A stretch of 64,000 nt of DNA from contig JAKFCY010000002.1 in NCBI GenBank assembly GCA_036676395.1, positions 1,312,001-1,376,000 of the forward strand. The letters are read 5' to 3'. The translations under genes and the position numbers were made by a program. Source of the DNA: Bdellovibrio sp. (GTDB lineage Bacteria; Bdellovibrionota; Bdellovibrionia; Bdellovibrionales; Bdellovibrionaceae). The notes under the pieces were generated by a model. The model was given only the letters and a program-made list of their open reading frames with translations. It was not told the DNA's origin and did not search any database. Positions 9,829-18,708 of this stretch are shown here, piece after piece. The stretch's first letter is position 1; every line of letters begins with the position of its first letter.

Positions 9829-11433
9829 CTAAAGCTGAACTGATTTTACGACTTTAAATTTACTATCGTACTTACGCACTTCGGGTGTTTGTAGTTCTAC
9901 AGACACCTTTATAGTTTTTGCGGCTCCAAAAGCAGCACGTGAAACCTCAAACTGATTAAATAAAGCAGAAATTTCAGAACCATCAGCGTTGAACCAGCGT
10001 ACGCTAAGGCCAGAAACATTTGGAGTTTCTACTTTAACTGTACTTGAAGTTTTAACAACAGCATCAACAAGTGAAACGCGATTCAGAAATTTGTGCCACA
10101 TATTTTCTTGGTCAACGGCGCAGAAATGTTTAAGAGCCATATTGCGCATCAAGCAGCCATCGTGAGTTGGGCGGTACGTTTTACCACTAAAATCACCATA
10201 AGTTGCAAACGCCGCAGTTACATTTTTTTCAAAGTTAAATCCTTGTGGGTAAGAATAAATGTAAGCGGTTGCTAACATATTATCGCCATCAGCAATATTT
10301 TCTTTAATTTCTAAAGTGTTACCGCCTACTTGCGTTTGAAGATTATCAAGTACGAAGAAGTTTCTATCGTTATGATAAGGCCCACCTAAGTTAAGTTTTT
10401 GGCCGTTCACATAAACATAGACATCATCAGGGCTAGACCAGCCAACCACGCTTAATTCTAAACCTAAGGTTTCGCCAGCTTGGGTTTTAAAAGTCGTTTT
10501 GTAAGGCTTGTTTTTTAAATTTTGCCAAACGTAGTTACCGCTTAAAAGTTTAGCGTCGTAAGAATTTTTATCATCGCGCCATTGTGACCAGTGCGAAGCC
10601 TGAGCATTCGATGAAGAATTGGCTCCCGAATATACAGATCCACCGTCATACTCTTCGCCAACTTCGCCGAAGTTGTGACCAAGTTCATGATTTAATACGA
10701 CCATACCACTTCTGATAGAACTTGTTGAAATTGCATAGCGGCCACCTAGACCACCATAATAATCATCATTGGCAATTACGATCGGATAGTCGGTGCGTTC
10801 AACCATATCAAGTGCGCTTTCTAAAGCGCGTTCGTCGCCTGGGTAAATCGCGCGTTTTGAACCTTTTGGCATACGGTATAAGCCATAAGCTGTGTCTTTT
10901 GATTCTCCATCGCCAATACCTGAAGTGTTTGATGGAACAAAAACCGCATGAACTTGAAATAAAGACAGATAACTTGAGAATGTTGAAGTTCCAAAAAGAT
11001 TTTTAGTCGTGCGTTCAGCATCGGCAAAGAACTTTTCTTTTTCTTTTAATGTGTAGCCATCACCTAAAATCGTTAAATGAATACGGTTGGCTGCAGGACC
11101 CTCTGTAACAAGTTCGCGAACTTCAGCATTTGCAATATTAACTTTAACTTTTCTTTGTAACGCTTTGTAAAATGCTAATTCAGATTCAGTCAGCGAATTT
11201 TTAATTTCATCTATATATATAGTGTTGTTGTCGGTGCCTGGCCCTTCAACTATATAGTAGGGAAGTTTTCGCAAGATTTTTTCTGGCTGTTCTGAAACTT
11301 CTGAAACATTTAAAACTTCTGATGAACGATTTTTAGAAGAAACTTTTTTCTGCACGCGAAAACTTTCGGCAGAACAAAGTGATGAAATTAAAAGCGCTGT
11401 TGTAAAAATAAAAATGTTCGAAGTGTTTTTCAT
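9829..11433 (-). CDS. M64 (IgA peptidase-like) zinc metallopeptidase
   Basis: ILGDGYT, HELGHNFGEVGEEY and YRPT..CLMR..FC motifs; signal peptide. Confidence 0.85.
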   Translation of the reverse strand: MKNTSNIFIFTTALLISSLCSAESFRVQKKVSSKNRSSEVLNVSEVSEQPEKILRKLPYYIVEGPGTDNNTIYIDEIKNSLTESELAFYKALQRKVKVNIANAEVRELVTEGPAANRIHLTILGDGYTLKEKEKFFADAERTTKNLFGTSTFSSYLSLFQVHAVFVPSNTSGIGDGESKDTAYGLYRMPKGSKRAIYPGDERALESALDMVERTDYPIVIANDDYYGGLGGRYAISTSSIRSGMVVLNHELGHNFGEVGEEYDGGSVYSGANSSSNAQASHWSQWRDDKNSYDAKLLSGNYVWQNLKNKPYKTTFKTQAGETLGLELSVVGWSSPDDVYVYVNGQKLNLGGPYHNDRNFFVLDNLQTQVGGNTLEIKENIADGDNMLATAYIYSYPQGFNFEKNVTAAFATYGDFSGKTYRPTHDGCLMRNMALKHFCAVDQENMWHKFLNRVSLVDAVVKTSSTVKVETPNVSGLSVRWFNADGSEISALFNQFEVSRAAFGAAKTIKVSVELQTPEVRKYDSKFKVVKSVQL

Positions 11434-11605
11434 GAGCTTATCAGAACAAGCTTTTTATCGGTGGTCATGTTTTTTGCGCCAATTTTGCAAATGGCGTACG
11501 TGCAGCATTCGGGCATTTTACCCGAACGGGTAATTTTGATCGGCGTTTTTGCCACGAAAAATTTGCAAATGACAATTTTTCATCGTGCTAGTGCGTTTTT
11601 ATGTA

Positions 11606-11621
11606 TGGCACTTATGTTGCT
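11606..11621 (+). promoter_or_regulatory. Sigma54 -24/-12 promoter
   Basis: TGGCACTTATGTTGCT, a consensus match, upstream of SD GGAGG. Confidence 0.85.
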
Positions 11622-11661
11622 CAAACACTCTTAAAACAAAACATCCTAATGGAGGGATTTT

Positions 11662-12618
11662 ATGAATAAGAGTTATGCGCGTTACTTAAAACTAGTTTCT
11701 TTATCATCACTTTGCGTAGCATTCGTTGCTTGTAGTGGTAGCGGTTCAGGTGGATCTTCTCCTGCAGCAGCACCTGTAGAAGCAGCATCATCAGAAATGG
11801 TGGCTTCAGGAAATACTCTGCGTATTTCTAAAGTGGCTGATTATCACTTAGCTGCGGGCGGCGAATTAGCCGGAACTCCAGCTGCTAAATTAGCAGAAAT
11901 TTTAGCGAAACACCCAGCTTTAGCTGAGCGTGCGAATCTATTAGGAACAGTAAATAGAGTTGTTGAAACTGATAAAGGCACTTGGGATTTGTATGCCGGT
12001 GAACAAATCGTAATGACACTTTCTTCTGCTGACCGTAAAGCATTAAATATCGTAAGAACACGTTCTGCGTTTACTGCTGATGGTATCACTTTATTATCTT
12101 CAAATGTAGAAGTTAAACATTCTGAAGCAATTCGCTTTGCAATGTCAGATTGCTCTGCAAATGCTGTAGAACCAGGTCAAGGACAAGATCAAGGTCAAGG
12201 CCAAGGCCAAGATAAAGACCAAGATAAAGACCAAGATAAAGACCAAGATAAAGACCAAGACAAAGACCAAGACAAAGATCAAGACAAAGATCAAGATAAA
12301 GACCAAGATAAAGACCAAGATAAAGATAAAGACCAAGATAAAGACCAAGATAAAGATCAAGATAAAGATCAAGATAAAGATCAAATGGCCCAAAACTGTG
12401 TCTCTGTCGAAGCTACACTTCTGTTAGAGCAGGAGCCTGGACAAGGTCAAGATCAAGGACAAGGTCAAGATAAAGATCAAGATAAAGACCAAGACAAAGA
12501 CCAAGATAAAGATCAAGACAAAGACCAAGACAAAGACCAAGATAAAGACCAAGACAAAGACCAAGATAAAGATCAAGACAAAGACCAAGACAAAGATCAA
12601 GACAAAGACCAAACTTAA
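11662..12618 (+). CDS. Lipoprotein with two (Asp-Lys-Asp-Gln)n repeat tracts
   Basis: Lipobox FVAC (Cys24), Ser/Gly linker, 14 + 12 DKDQ units each preceded by EPGQGQDQGQGQ. Confidence 0.9.
   Translation: MNKSYARYLKLVSLSSLCVAFVACSGSGSGGSSPAAAPVEAASSEMVASGNTLRISKVADYHLAAGGELAGTPAAKLAEILAKHPALAERANLLGTVNRVVETDKGTWDLYAGEQIVMTLSSADRKALNIVRTRSAFTADGITLLSSNVEVKHSEAIRFAMSDCSANAVEPGQGQDQGQGQGQDKDQDKDQDKDQDKDQDKDQDKDQDKDQDKDQDKDQDKDKDQDKDQDKDQDKDQDKDQMAQNCVSVEATLLLEQEPGQGQDQGQGQDKDQDKDQDKDQDKDQDKDQDKDQDKDQDKDQDKDQDKDQDKDQDKDQT
12211..12384 (+). repeat. Coding 12-bp tandem repeat GAYAAAGAYCAA (14 units plus one extra DK)
   Basis: Read directly; variation only at synonymous GAT/GAC positions apart from the single half unit. 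Confidence 0.95.
12469..12612 (+). repeat. Coding 12-bp tandem repeat GAYAAAGAYCAA (12 units)
   Basis: Read directly; 144 bp. Confidence 0.95.
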
Positions 12619-12650
12619 TTGATTGAAATCAAATTCGAAAAAGTCTAAGG

Positions 12651-12682
12651 GTGGGTAGCGGTAAAACGCTGCCCACTTTTTT
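12651..12682 (+). terminator. Intrinsic terminator after the repeat lipoprotein
   Basis: GTGGGTAGCG-GTAAAA-CGCTGCCCAC followed by a T tract. Confidence 0.85.
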
Positions 12683-12698
12683 AAGATGAGGGGATGTT

Positions 12699-13508
12699 AT
12701 GAAATGGTTATTTGTATTTCTGCCTTTAACGTTATTAATTGCCTGTAAACCGAAAACAGAGGCCATCATTGAAGAGCCAGTAATGCCATCTGAAATTGCT
12801 CTATCTGATGTGTCTTTTGGAAAATGTTTAAATTTAGAAAAACTATCGCGGGTGTTTCAAAACCCCGATTTTAAAGTGCCCGCAGCACTTATGACGACAG
12901 ATTTAAAACCTGTAGGTGAAATGCCGCAGGCGAAAAAAACTTTTTTTTCTTACGCTACTTTTAATTATAAAGTGAACAGCGCAAACGAGCTTGGGCTTTT
13001 TAATCAAGTGCGCCAGAAAGATTGTAAGACCGTCCAGATGTTATCAGCTTCTGAAGAAGTTTTGACTTACAAAGTGACTGCTTCAAATGAAGCCGAAATT
13101 ACCATCAAGTTAGTTGATAAATTTCGCGATAACATGGCTACAGCTCACAAAAAAGCCTTAATAGATCGTCAGCAGCCATTCGAATACACGTTTCGTTATT
13201 TAACGCCAAATCATATGTTGATCAGTGAAAAATACACGACCGTGGATCCTCTGTGTATTTCGAAAAATCCGCTTACATTTGAAATTCATAAAGATTTAAC
13301 TTGGGCTGGACGGTATTCAGATTTGCCGCAAAGTTATCAAATCGAAACTCGGTATTTAAATCTTGTGAAAGAATCTCTGATACCTGAGGCTCAAGGATTA
13401 ATTCCAACAACAGAAACAGCAGAAACTTCAGAAAGTTTTTCTGTAGACTCGATCCGTACGGTGATGCGTTCATCTTTAAAAGACGAGCTTAAACTGTGCA
13501 GCCAATAA
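12699..13508 (+). CDS. Hypothetical lipoprotein
   Basis: Lipobox LIAC; SD GAGGGG; overlaps the next gene. Confidence 0.8.
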   Translation: MKWLFVFLPLTLLIACKPKTEAIIEEPVMPSEIALSDVSFGKCLNLEKLSRVFQNPDFKVPAALMTTDLKPVGEMPQAKKTFFSYATFNYKVNSANELGLFNQVRQKDCKTVQMLSASEEVLTYKVTASNEAEITIKLVDKFRDNMATAHKKALIDRQQPFEYTFRYLTPNHMLISEKYTTVDPLCISKNPLTFEIHKDLTWAGRYSDLPQSYQIETRYLNLVKESLIPEAQGLIPTTETAETSESFSVDSIRTVMRSSLKDELKLCSQ

Positions 13509-14635
13509 ATACTGTTTTTTTAATTCTGTCTATTCTGCTTTTAGGAGCTTGCGCTAAAGACGAAAAATACGTTCAAGCGACATCTCCTTTTTGCCAAAGT
13601 AACATGGTTAAAAATCAGTATATTGTACACTGGAAAAAACAAGATCCAACTTTATTGGCTGAAGAAAATCTTGCCAAATTTATTTCGCTCAATGATGACG
13701 AAATTGACTTTGTTGAACCCAATTACACTATCCTTGCTAAATTTGCAAAAAAACAGGAAGAGCCGGTGATTCCGTCGATCACTAGCGTTGAATCTGCAAC
13801 TGCAGTTTATGATATGATTCATGTGCGATCGGCCTGGTACCGGGGATTTTTCGGTCAGGGTTTAACTGTCGCTGTCGTTGATACGGGAATAGATCAAAAA
13901 CATCCAAGCCTGCGACGAAGACTTGTGCCAGGCTGGAATTTTGTTTCTAATGCTGCAGATTCTAGTGATGAAACCGGTCATGGTACAGCTATGGCGGGTA
14001 TTATTACCGGCCCATATTTAAATGGTTCAAGTTTAAGTTTAGCACCTGATGTAAAAATTATGCCTATAGATTTTATGACTGATCACGGTGGCACCGAATA
14101 TCATGCGCAGCTTGCGCTAAACTATGCCATCACCCACAAAGCTAAAATTATTAATAATAGTTGGACGGTCAGCTGTTCAGAGCTTTTACGAAGTTCATTT
14201 GTTAGCTGGGCCAATGAAAATGTAATTTTCATTAATTCGTCAGGTAATGAACCCGTAGATGTTATTACTCATGGAATTTTACCGGCAAGCTTAAGCCTAA
14301 GTAATCATGTGCATGTGGGTTCATTAGATGATCGCGGGCATCGATCAAGTTTTAGCGGTTTTGGTTACACCGTTTTGTTGTATGCCCCGGGAGAATTAGT
14401 TCCAAGTTTTGCCCAGAGTGATAGCGGATCGCGTAGCGTGCGAATTTCAGGAACCAGCGCATCGACCGCCATAGTTTCTGCAGCAGCAGCTTTATTATGG
14501 AGCGCTTTTCCGCGTGCCACGGCCAGCGAAATAGTGTCGTTAATTGTCGAAGGAGCTCAGCAGGAGCTGACTATAGAGCCGACCCTTAACGTGCAACAAT
14601 CTCTGCGTCTGGGACGCGAACGTTTTTCAGAATAA
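13496..14635 (+). CDS. Lipoprotein S8 (subtilisin-like) protease
   Basis: Lipobox LGAC; VVDTG, GHGT, SSGN and GTSAS motifs (triad present, divergent after the Ser). Confidence 0.85.
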   Translation: MQPINTVFLILSILLLGACAKDEKYVQATSPFCQSNMVKNQYIVHWKKQDPTLLAEENLAKFISLNDDEIDFVEPNYTILAKFAKKQEEPVIPSITSVESATAVYDMIHVRSAWYRGFFGQGLTVAVVDTGIDQKHPSLRRRLVPGWNFVSNAADSSDETGHGTAMAGIITGPYLNGSSLSLAPDVKIMPIDFMTDHGGTEYHAQLALNYAITHKAKIINNSWTVSCSELLRSSFVSWANENVIFINSSGNEPVDVITHGILPASLSLSNHVHVGSLDDRGHRSSFSGFGYTVLLYAPGELVPSFAQSDSGSRSVRISGTSASTAIVSAAAALLWSAFPRATASEIVSLIVEGAQQELTIEPTLNVQQSLRLGRERFSE

Positions 14636-14639
14636 TCTT

Positions 14640-15926
14640 TTAAGGAACAATGCTTTCATTGAGCAGGGCTTCGGCGATTCGACTTAAGACTTTTCCTTTT
14701 TGTGAAGCTTCTCTGGCCTTAGCGGCGTAGCTATCGGGCAGACGAGAATCTAAATCCCAGGATTCGTTTAAAGTTAAATCTTCAGCTGTCATCGCGCGGC
14801 CTGTGCTGGCGTAAGACCAGATAAAATCGGGTCTTGCTGCTGAATGCCATTCGCCACCGATTACGGTGTAGCTTTCATCTAATTCTAAATCGTATACAAA
14901 GTTGTATGATTTAGTGCGATCGTTGCGGCCTTCGTTGACCGCCGGAGTGACTAAAGAAGGAATAAATACATCCATTGCAACCCCGACAACGTATTTTGTT
15001 CTAGGGCTTCGGTGGATTTTGAATTTATCAGCCGTCATATTTTCAATGGGTTCTATAGCGGCTTTAATATTGTGAGTGGTTTCGAATGTTCGTGGGTTAA
15101 AGTAGCTGTAGTCATAGCCTTTAACTGCGAAATTCCATACTTCTGATCCGGTGGTTGAATCCATCACAAAACTTTTTTGCTGCACACCAACGCGATTTGT
15201 AACAGCTAAATGCCAACTCATCGGATTTGAATCAAGGCAAGACGCATCTATAGGACGCTGATACGGGTCTTTAATAACGATATCTTGGCGACAGCGATTG
15301 CCGGCTTGAATTGAATCTGTGCTTGATTCGGCCCAAAGATAAGACATTAAGGCTTTGATATCTTGCCTGTAAAATTCGATCGCATGGTGGCCATTGACGT
15401 CGGTCACAACCACAGATTGGCGTGGGGCTTTGATGCCCATGTGGACTGCCGCAGACCAGCCGTGACAAATTCCTGTCCATGTTGGAACTTCGCCGTACTG
15501 AATTAAAGTTTTTTGTCCGCGAGCCCACATAGCTTTGGTTAATGTCCAGTTTGCATCCCCAACCAGTAGGTCATATTTTTCAGCTGGAGATAGGCGATTG
15601 ATTTGCCCCGAGTAAACCAGGGTTTCTGGAGGGCGCAGCATGTGGTCGTTGTAATTTTCTAAGAAATTTTTTGATTTAGGAAACAAGGGGTCGGCATAAC
15701 GCAGTCCAAGTAAACCTTGGTGAATTGGCCAATAAGAGCCAGCCCAGATTTCATATTGGGTGTGGCCTTGCGTCAGTCGAGTTTGCTGAAGATCAAAAAT
15801 ATTTGCGATATAACTTTGTTTATCAAGAAAAATTTTAAAATCATCGTCACGCATAGGCTCCGAGAACGGGCTTACCGCCGTGGTTAATGCTGTCGCTGCT
15901 ATAAGATTGAAAATTGTTTTTGTCAT
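14640..15926 (-). CDS. Transglutaminase-elicitor (Phytophthora GP42-like) family protein, secreted
   Basis: WAGSYWP, LSPAEKYD, WTGICHGW, DIKAL, DSNPMSWH, and Pep-13-like VWNFAVKGY; signal peptide; SD GGAG before 15926. Confidence 0.85.
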   Translation of the reverse strand: MTKTIFNLIAATALTTAVSPFSEPMRDDDFKIFLDKQSYIANIFDLQQTRLTQGHTQYEIWAGSYWPIHQGLLGLRYADPLFPKSKNFLENYNDHMLRPPETLVYSGQINRLSPAEKYDLLVGDANWTLTKAMWARGQKTLIQYGEVPTWTGICHGWSAAVHMGIKAPRQSVVVTDVNGHHAIEFYRQDIKALMSYLWAESSTDSIQAGNRCRQDIVIKDPYQRPIDASCLDSNPMSWHLAVTNRVGVQQKSFVMDSTTGSEVWNFAVKGYDYSYFNPRTFETTHNIKAAIEPIENMTADKFKIHRSPRTKYVVGVAMDVFIPSLVTPAVNEGRNDRTKSYNFVYDLELDESYTVIGGEWHSAARPDFIWSYASTGRAMTAEDLTLNESWDLDSRLPDSYAAKAREASQKGKVLSRIAEALLNESIVP

Positions 15927-15963
15927 AATACACACTCCGTACAAAGATTTTCATCAATAGAGT

Positions 15964-15979
15964 TGCACTATTTATTCCA
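15964..15979 (-). promoter_or_regulatory. Sigma54-like promoter of the transglutaminase gene
   Basis: TGGAATAAATAGTGCA on the minus strand (GG-N10-GC). Confidence 0.6.
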
Positions 15980-16116
15980 TGCGTAGATTCGGGTTAATTT
16001 GCCCGAGGCGTTGGGGGCGAGGCATTGTGCGCCACGACCCCGGGCTTTTTTGGCTAGTTGTTCTATTATTTAGAAAATTACACACCATTCTAACACTAGG
16101 TCTACAACTCTAGTGG

Positions 16117-16476
16117 ATGATTATTTGTATGAGTGATGTGAAAAAAAATATTTTAGTCGGAAATATATCAATTTGTAACCATAGCAGAAAGGTTGTCGTT
16201 CGTGATGAGCAAGATTGCGAACACACCTTAAAACTCACGCAAACTGAATTTAGACTTTTGACTTGTTTGGCAAGTCGGCCCGAAAAAGTCTTTTCACGAG
16301 AAGAGCTCTTCGACAAAGCCTGGGGGCAAGATCCGCGCGATATGGGTCGAAATGTAGATGTGCATATTTGCCAGGTTAGAAAAAAACTAACTGATAAAAG
16401 CACGCACACGGTAAAAGCCCTGTCAGGTGTAGGCTATAAACTAACACAAAGGCGAAAAGTAAAAACGCAAATCTAA
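16117..16476 (+). CDS. Stand-alone OmpR/PhoB-type winged-helix DNA-binding protein (no receiver domain)
   Basis: LTQTEFRLL, FSREEL, RNVDVHICQVRKKL and GVGY motifs. Confidence 0.8.
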   Translation: MIICMSDVKKNILVGNISICNHSRKVVVRDEQDCEHTLKLTQTEFRLLTCLASRPEKVFSREELFDKAWGQDPRDMGRNVDVHICQVRKKLTDKSTHTVKALSGVGYKLTQRRKVKTQI

Positions 16477-17003
16477 AGCATAAGTTGATTTAAATCCTGA
16501 ATATTCTGAATCAACAGAGTTTTTTGTTTGTACGCATCGCGCGATAAAATACGCAACATTTCTGGCCGCATTTTAGTGTGAACCTGATGAATCGTTTTAA
16601 AGAGTTTCAGCGTATGACTCCAATTTCTTTCGCTACTGTTTGGCGGAAGTTCAGAGCGTTGGTTCACAAATATATTTTTAAGTACGCGCTTTACAGCCCA
16701 CAAATAATGAGTAGCGATAGGTAAATCAATCATAATGATTTGATCGGCTAATTTCAGGCGTTCTTCCAGAATGTCTAAGGGCCCAAAACCATCGATGATC
16801 CATTCAGGTTTTGCTTGTTCAAGCCTTAACAGTTGAATGGATTCGGCAAAAGGGCGAAATTTTAACCCCGCCATAAATTGAATTTGATCCACGTGAATTA
16901 ACGGCAATAGCAATTTTTTTGCTAAGCTTTGGCTTAGACGAGTTTTGCCACCACATGAATTTCCGATAATTGCAATTTTTGAGACACTTGAGACTAAAGA
17001 CAT
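16473..17003 (-). CDS. P-loop nucleotide-kinase-like protein (FlaR/topology modulation family)
   Basis: IIGNSCGGKT Walker A; WIIDG. Confidence 0.8.
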   Translation of the reverse strand: MSLVSSVSKIAIIGNSCGGKTRLSQSLAKKLLLPLIHVDQIQFMAGLKFRPFAESIQLLRLEQAKPEWIIDGFGPLDILEERLKLADQIIMIDLPIATHYLWAVKRVLKNIFVNQRSELPPNSSERNWSHTLKLFKTIHQVHTKMRPEMLRILSRDAYKQKTLLIQNIQDLNQLML

Positions 17004-17207
17004 GAGTGCATCTTAAGCTATCTAAGACTTTGTTGCAAGATCAGTTGAAGAAGCCATTTAATCCCCTGGAATTTCGCCCGCGTGTAGAAAATAAAATTAA
17101 AAAAAAGCATTAAATAAAAAGCTGAATCAAAAGTCACAGACATCGAAAAAATTCATTGGGGGTATAATACCTGCTTGATTCTCTGAGGTTCTGTTTTAGA
17201 CTTATCC

Positions 17208-18053
17208 ATGATGAGTCTACGTGTCGGAGAACCCTGGAGTTACGGGGATTATAATTTTTTTGGAGTATCACTTGCGGGGATTCGTACCGCTATCTCGATG
17301 CCTGAGTTATCAATTAGTTTTGATGTAGCTCAGGGCTATCCGTATTTGTTTAATATGCACAAATATTTTATTACGCATGGGCATCTGGATCATGCGGCCG
17401 GTATTCCGTATATTATTTCGCAAAAAATGATGACCTCGCAAAAAGCGGGTGAGTTCTATATGCCGGCGTCTTTAGTTGAACCGTTATCTGAAATTATGCA
17501 GCTTTGGAGCAAGATCGAAGGCTTTCCGTACAATTTTAAATTTATTCCAGTACATGCAGATGATGAAATCGAAGTTAATAACCATCATTTCATCAAAGCT
17601 TTTCCGACCACGCACCGGGTTGATTCTTTCGGCTATACCTTATTTGAAAATAAGAAAAAATTAAAATCTGAATACACTAGTCTTAGTAAAGACGAAATTA
17701 TTAATTTACGCAGACAGGGTGTTGACGTTAGCGAAACAATACAGACACCGATGGTCAGTTTTACCGGAGACACCCAGATCGAATTTTTGCAGGCCAGGCC
17801 GTGGATTAAAAAATCAAAAATCTTAATTTTAGAAGCTACGTATTTGGATGATAAACGCTCAATTGAAAAAGCACGTGAATGGGGTCATACCCATTTAGAT
17901 GAAATTATTCCGCATCTGGACGAAATTGAAAGCGAACGCATTGTTCTGATTCATGCGTCGTCTCGCTATTCAAATGCCGAAGCCAATCACATTCTGCGTG
18001 AAAAAATTCCAGACAAACATCATGACCGCGTGGTGTTTTTTCCTGGTCGATAA
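17208..18053 (+). CDS. Short (TM-type) ribonuclease Z, MBL fold
   Basis: THGHLDH, HRVDSFGY, KKKLK arm, FTGDT, EAT, GHTH and HASSRY motifs. Confidence 0.8.
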   Translation: MMSLRVGEPWSYGDYNFFGVSLAGIRTAISMPELSISFDVAQGYPYLFNMHKYFITHGHLDHAAGIPYIISQKMMTSQKAGEFYMPASLVEPLSEIMQLWSKIEGFPYNFKFIPVHADDEIEVNNHHFIKAFPTTHRVDSFGYTLFENKKKLKSEYTSLSKDEIINLRRQGVDVSETIQTPMVSFTGDTQIEFLQARPWIKKSKILILEATYLDDKRSIEKAREWGHTHLDEIIPHLDEIESERIVLIHASSRYSNAEANHILREKIPDKHHDRVVFFPGR

Positions 18054-18160
18054 TGATACAAATTCATTCTCAGTGTGAGACTGGTGTAGTTCTTTTTTCG
18101 TCACCCTTGTAGTCTTAGACAGCCAGGCTATAAATAAGCGCCTATTGGCCCTTTTTAAGC

Positions 18161-18177
18161 TTGGTACGACAGCTGCA
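18161..18177 (+). promoter_or_regulatory. Sigma54 -24/-12 promoter
   Basis: TTGGTACGACAGCTGCA (GG-N10-GC). Confidence 0.7.
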
Positions 18178-18189
18178 ATTCAAAGCTGT

Positions 18190-18708
18190 ATGAAAAAACA
18201 AATCCTAGCCTTAGCTTGTATCTTTATCTGCTCAACTCAAACGTTAGCTCAGTTAGATGGAACAGATCATAATCCTGATCAACGTATAGTTTGTGATCTT
18301 GAAGAAGCTAAAACGGCGGTTAATGAAATGGTTGAAGACGAAGACCTTGGTGACTGGAAAACCTCAATGCAAGCCGCTGGCGAAAAACTTCGTGAAGAAG
18401 TTCTGAATATGTTAACCCGCGCCGACATCAGTGCAAAAACAATCGAATATGACATGTACGAAATTTTCAGAAATGCGAACTGTGTTTTTAAAATTATCAG
18501 TCAAAATGACGTTGATGCTGAAATCGGCAGAAAATATAAACATAATTTGTCGATTATCGAAGAACGCGTAAAATTAAATAACTCGAAAATGCCGTCTTTA
18601 GAAAATGCAAAAACTCAAGCCGAAAAAAACAACGCCCGTGCCAATAAATATTTATACGCTAACCGCTTTGCTGCTGCCATCGTGATGGCTGTTTTTGACG
18701 GTCAATAA
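18190..18708 (+). CDS. Hypothetical secreted protein
   Basis: Signal peptide MKKQILALACIFICSTQTLA. Confidence 0.75.
   Translation: MKKQILALACIFICSTQTLAQLDGTDHNPDQRIVCDLEEAKTAVNEMVEDEDLGDWKTSMQAAGEKLREEVLNMLTRADISAKTIEYDMYEIFRNANCVFKIISQNDVDAEIGRKYKHNLSIIEERVKLNNSKMPSLENAKTQAEKNNARANKYLYANRFAAAIVMAVFDGQ

Noticed and set aside
12211..12612. Tandem repeats as a possible CRISPR array
   Set aside because: The 12-bp units are contiguous with no spacers, lie in frame within a gene, and no cas genes are present
12145..12612. Minus-strand ORFs of LIFI/LVFV repeats resembling membrane peptides
   Set aside because: They are the antisense shadow of the DKDQ repeats; the plus strand has the promoter, SD, lipobox and terminator
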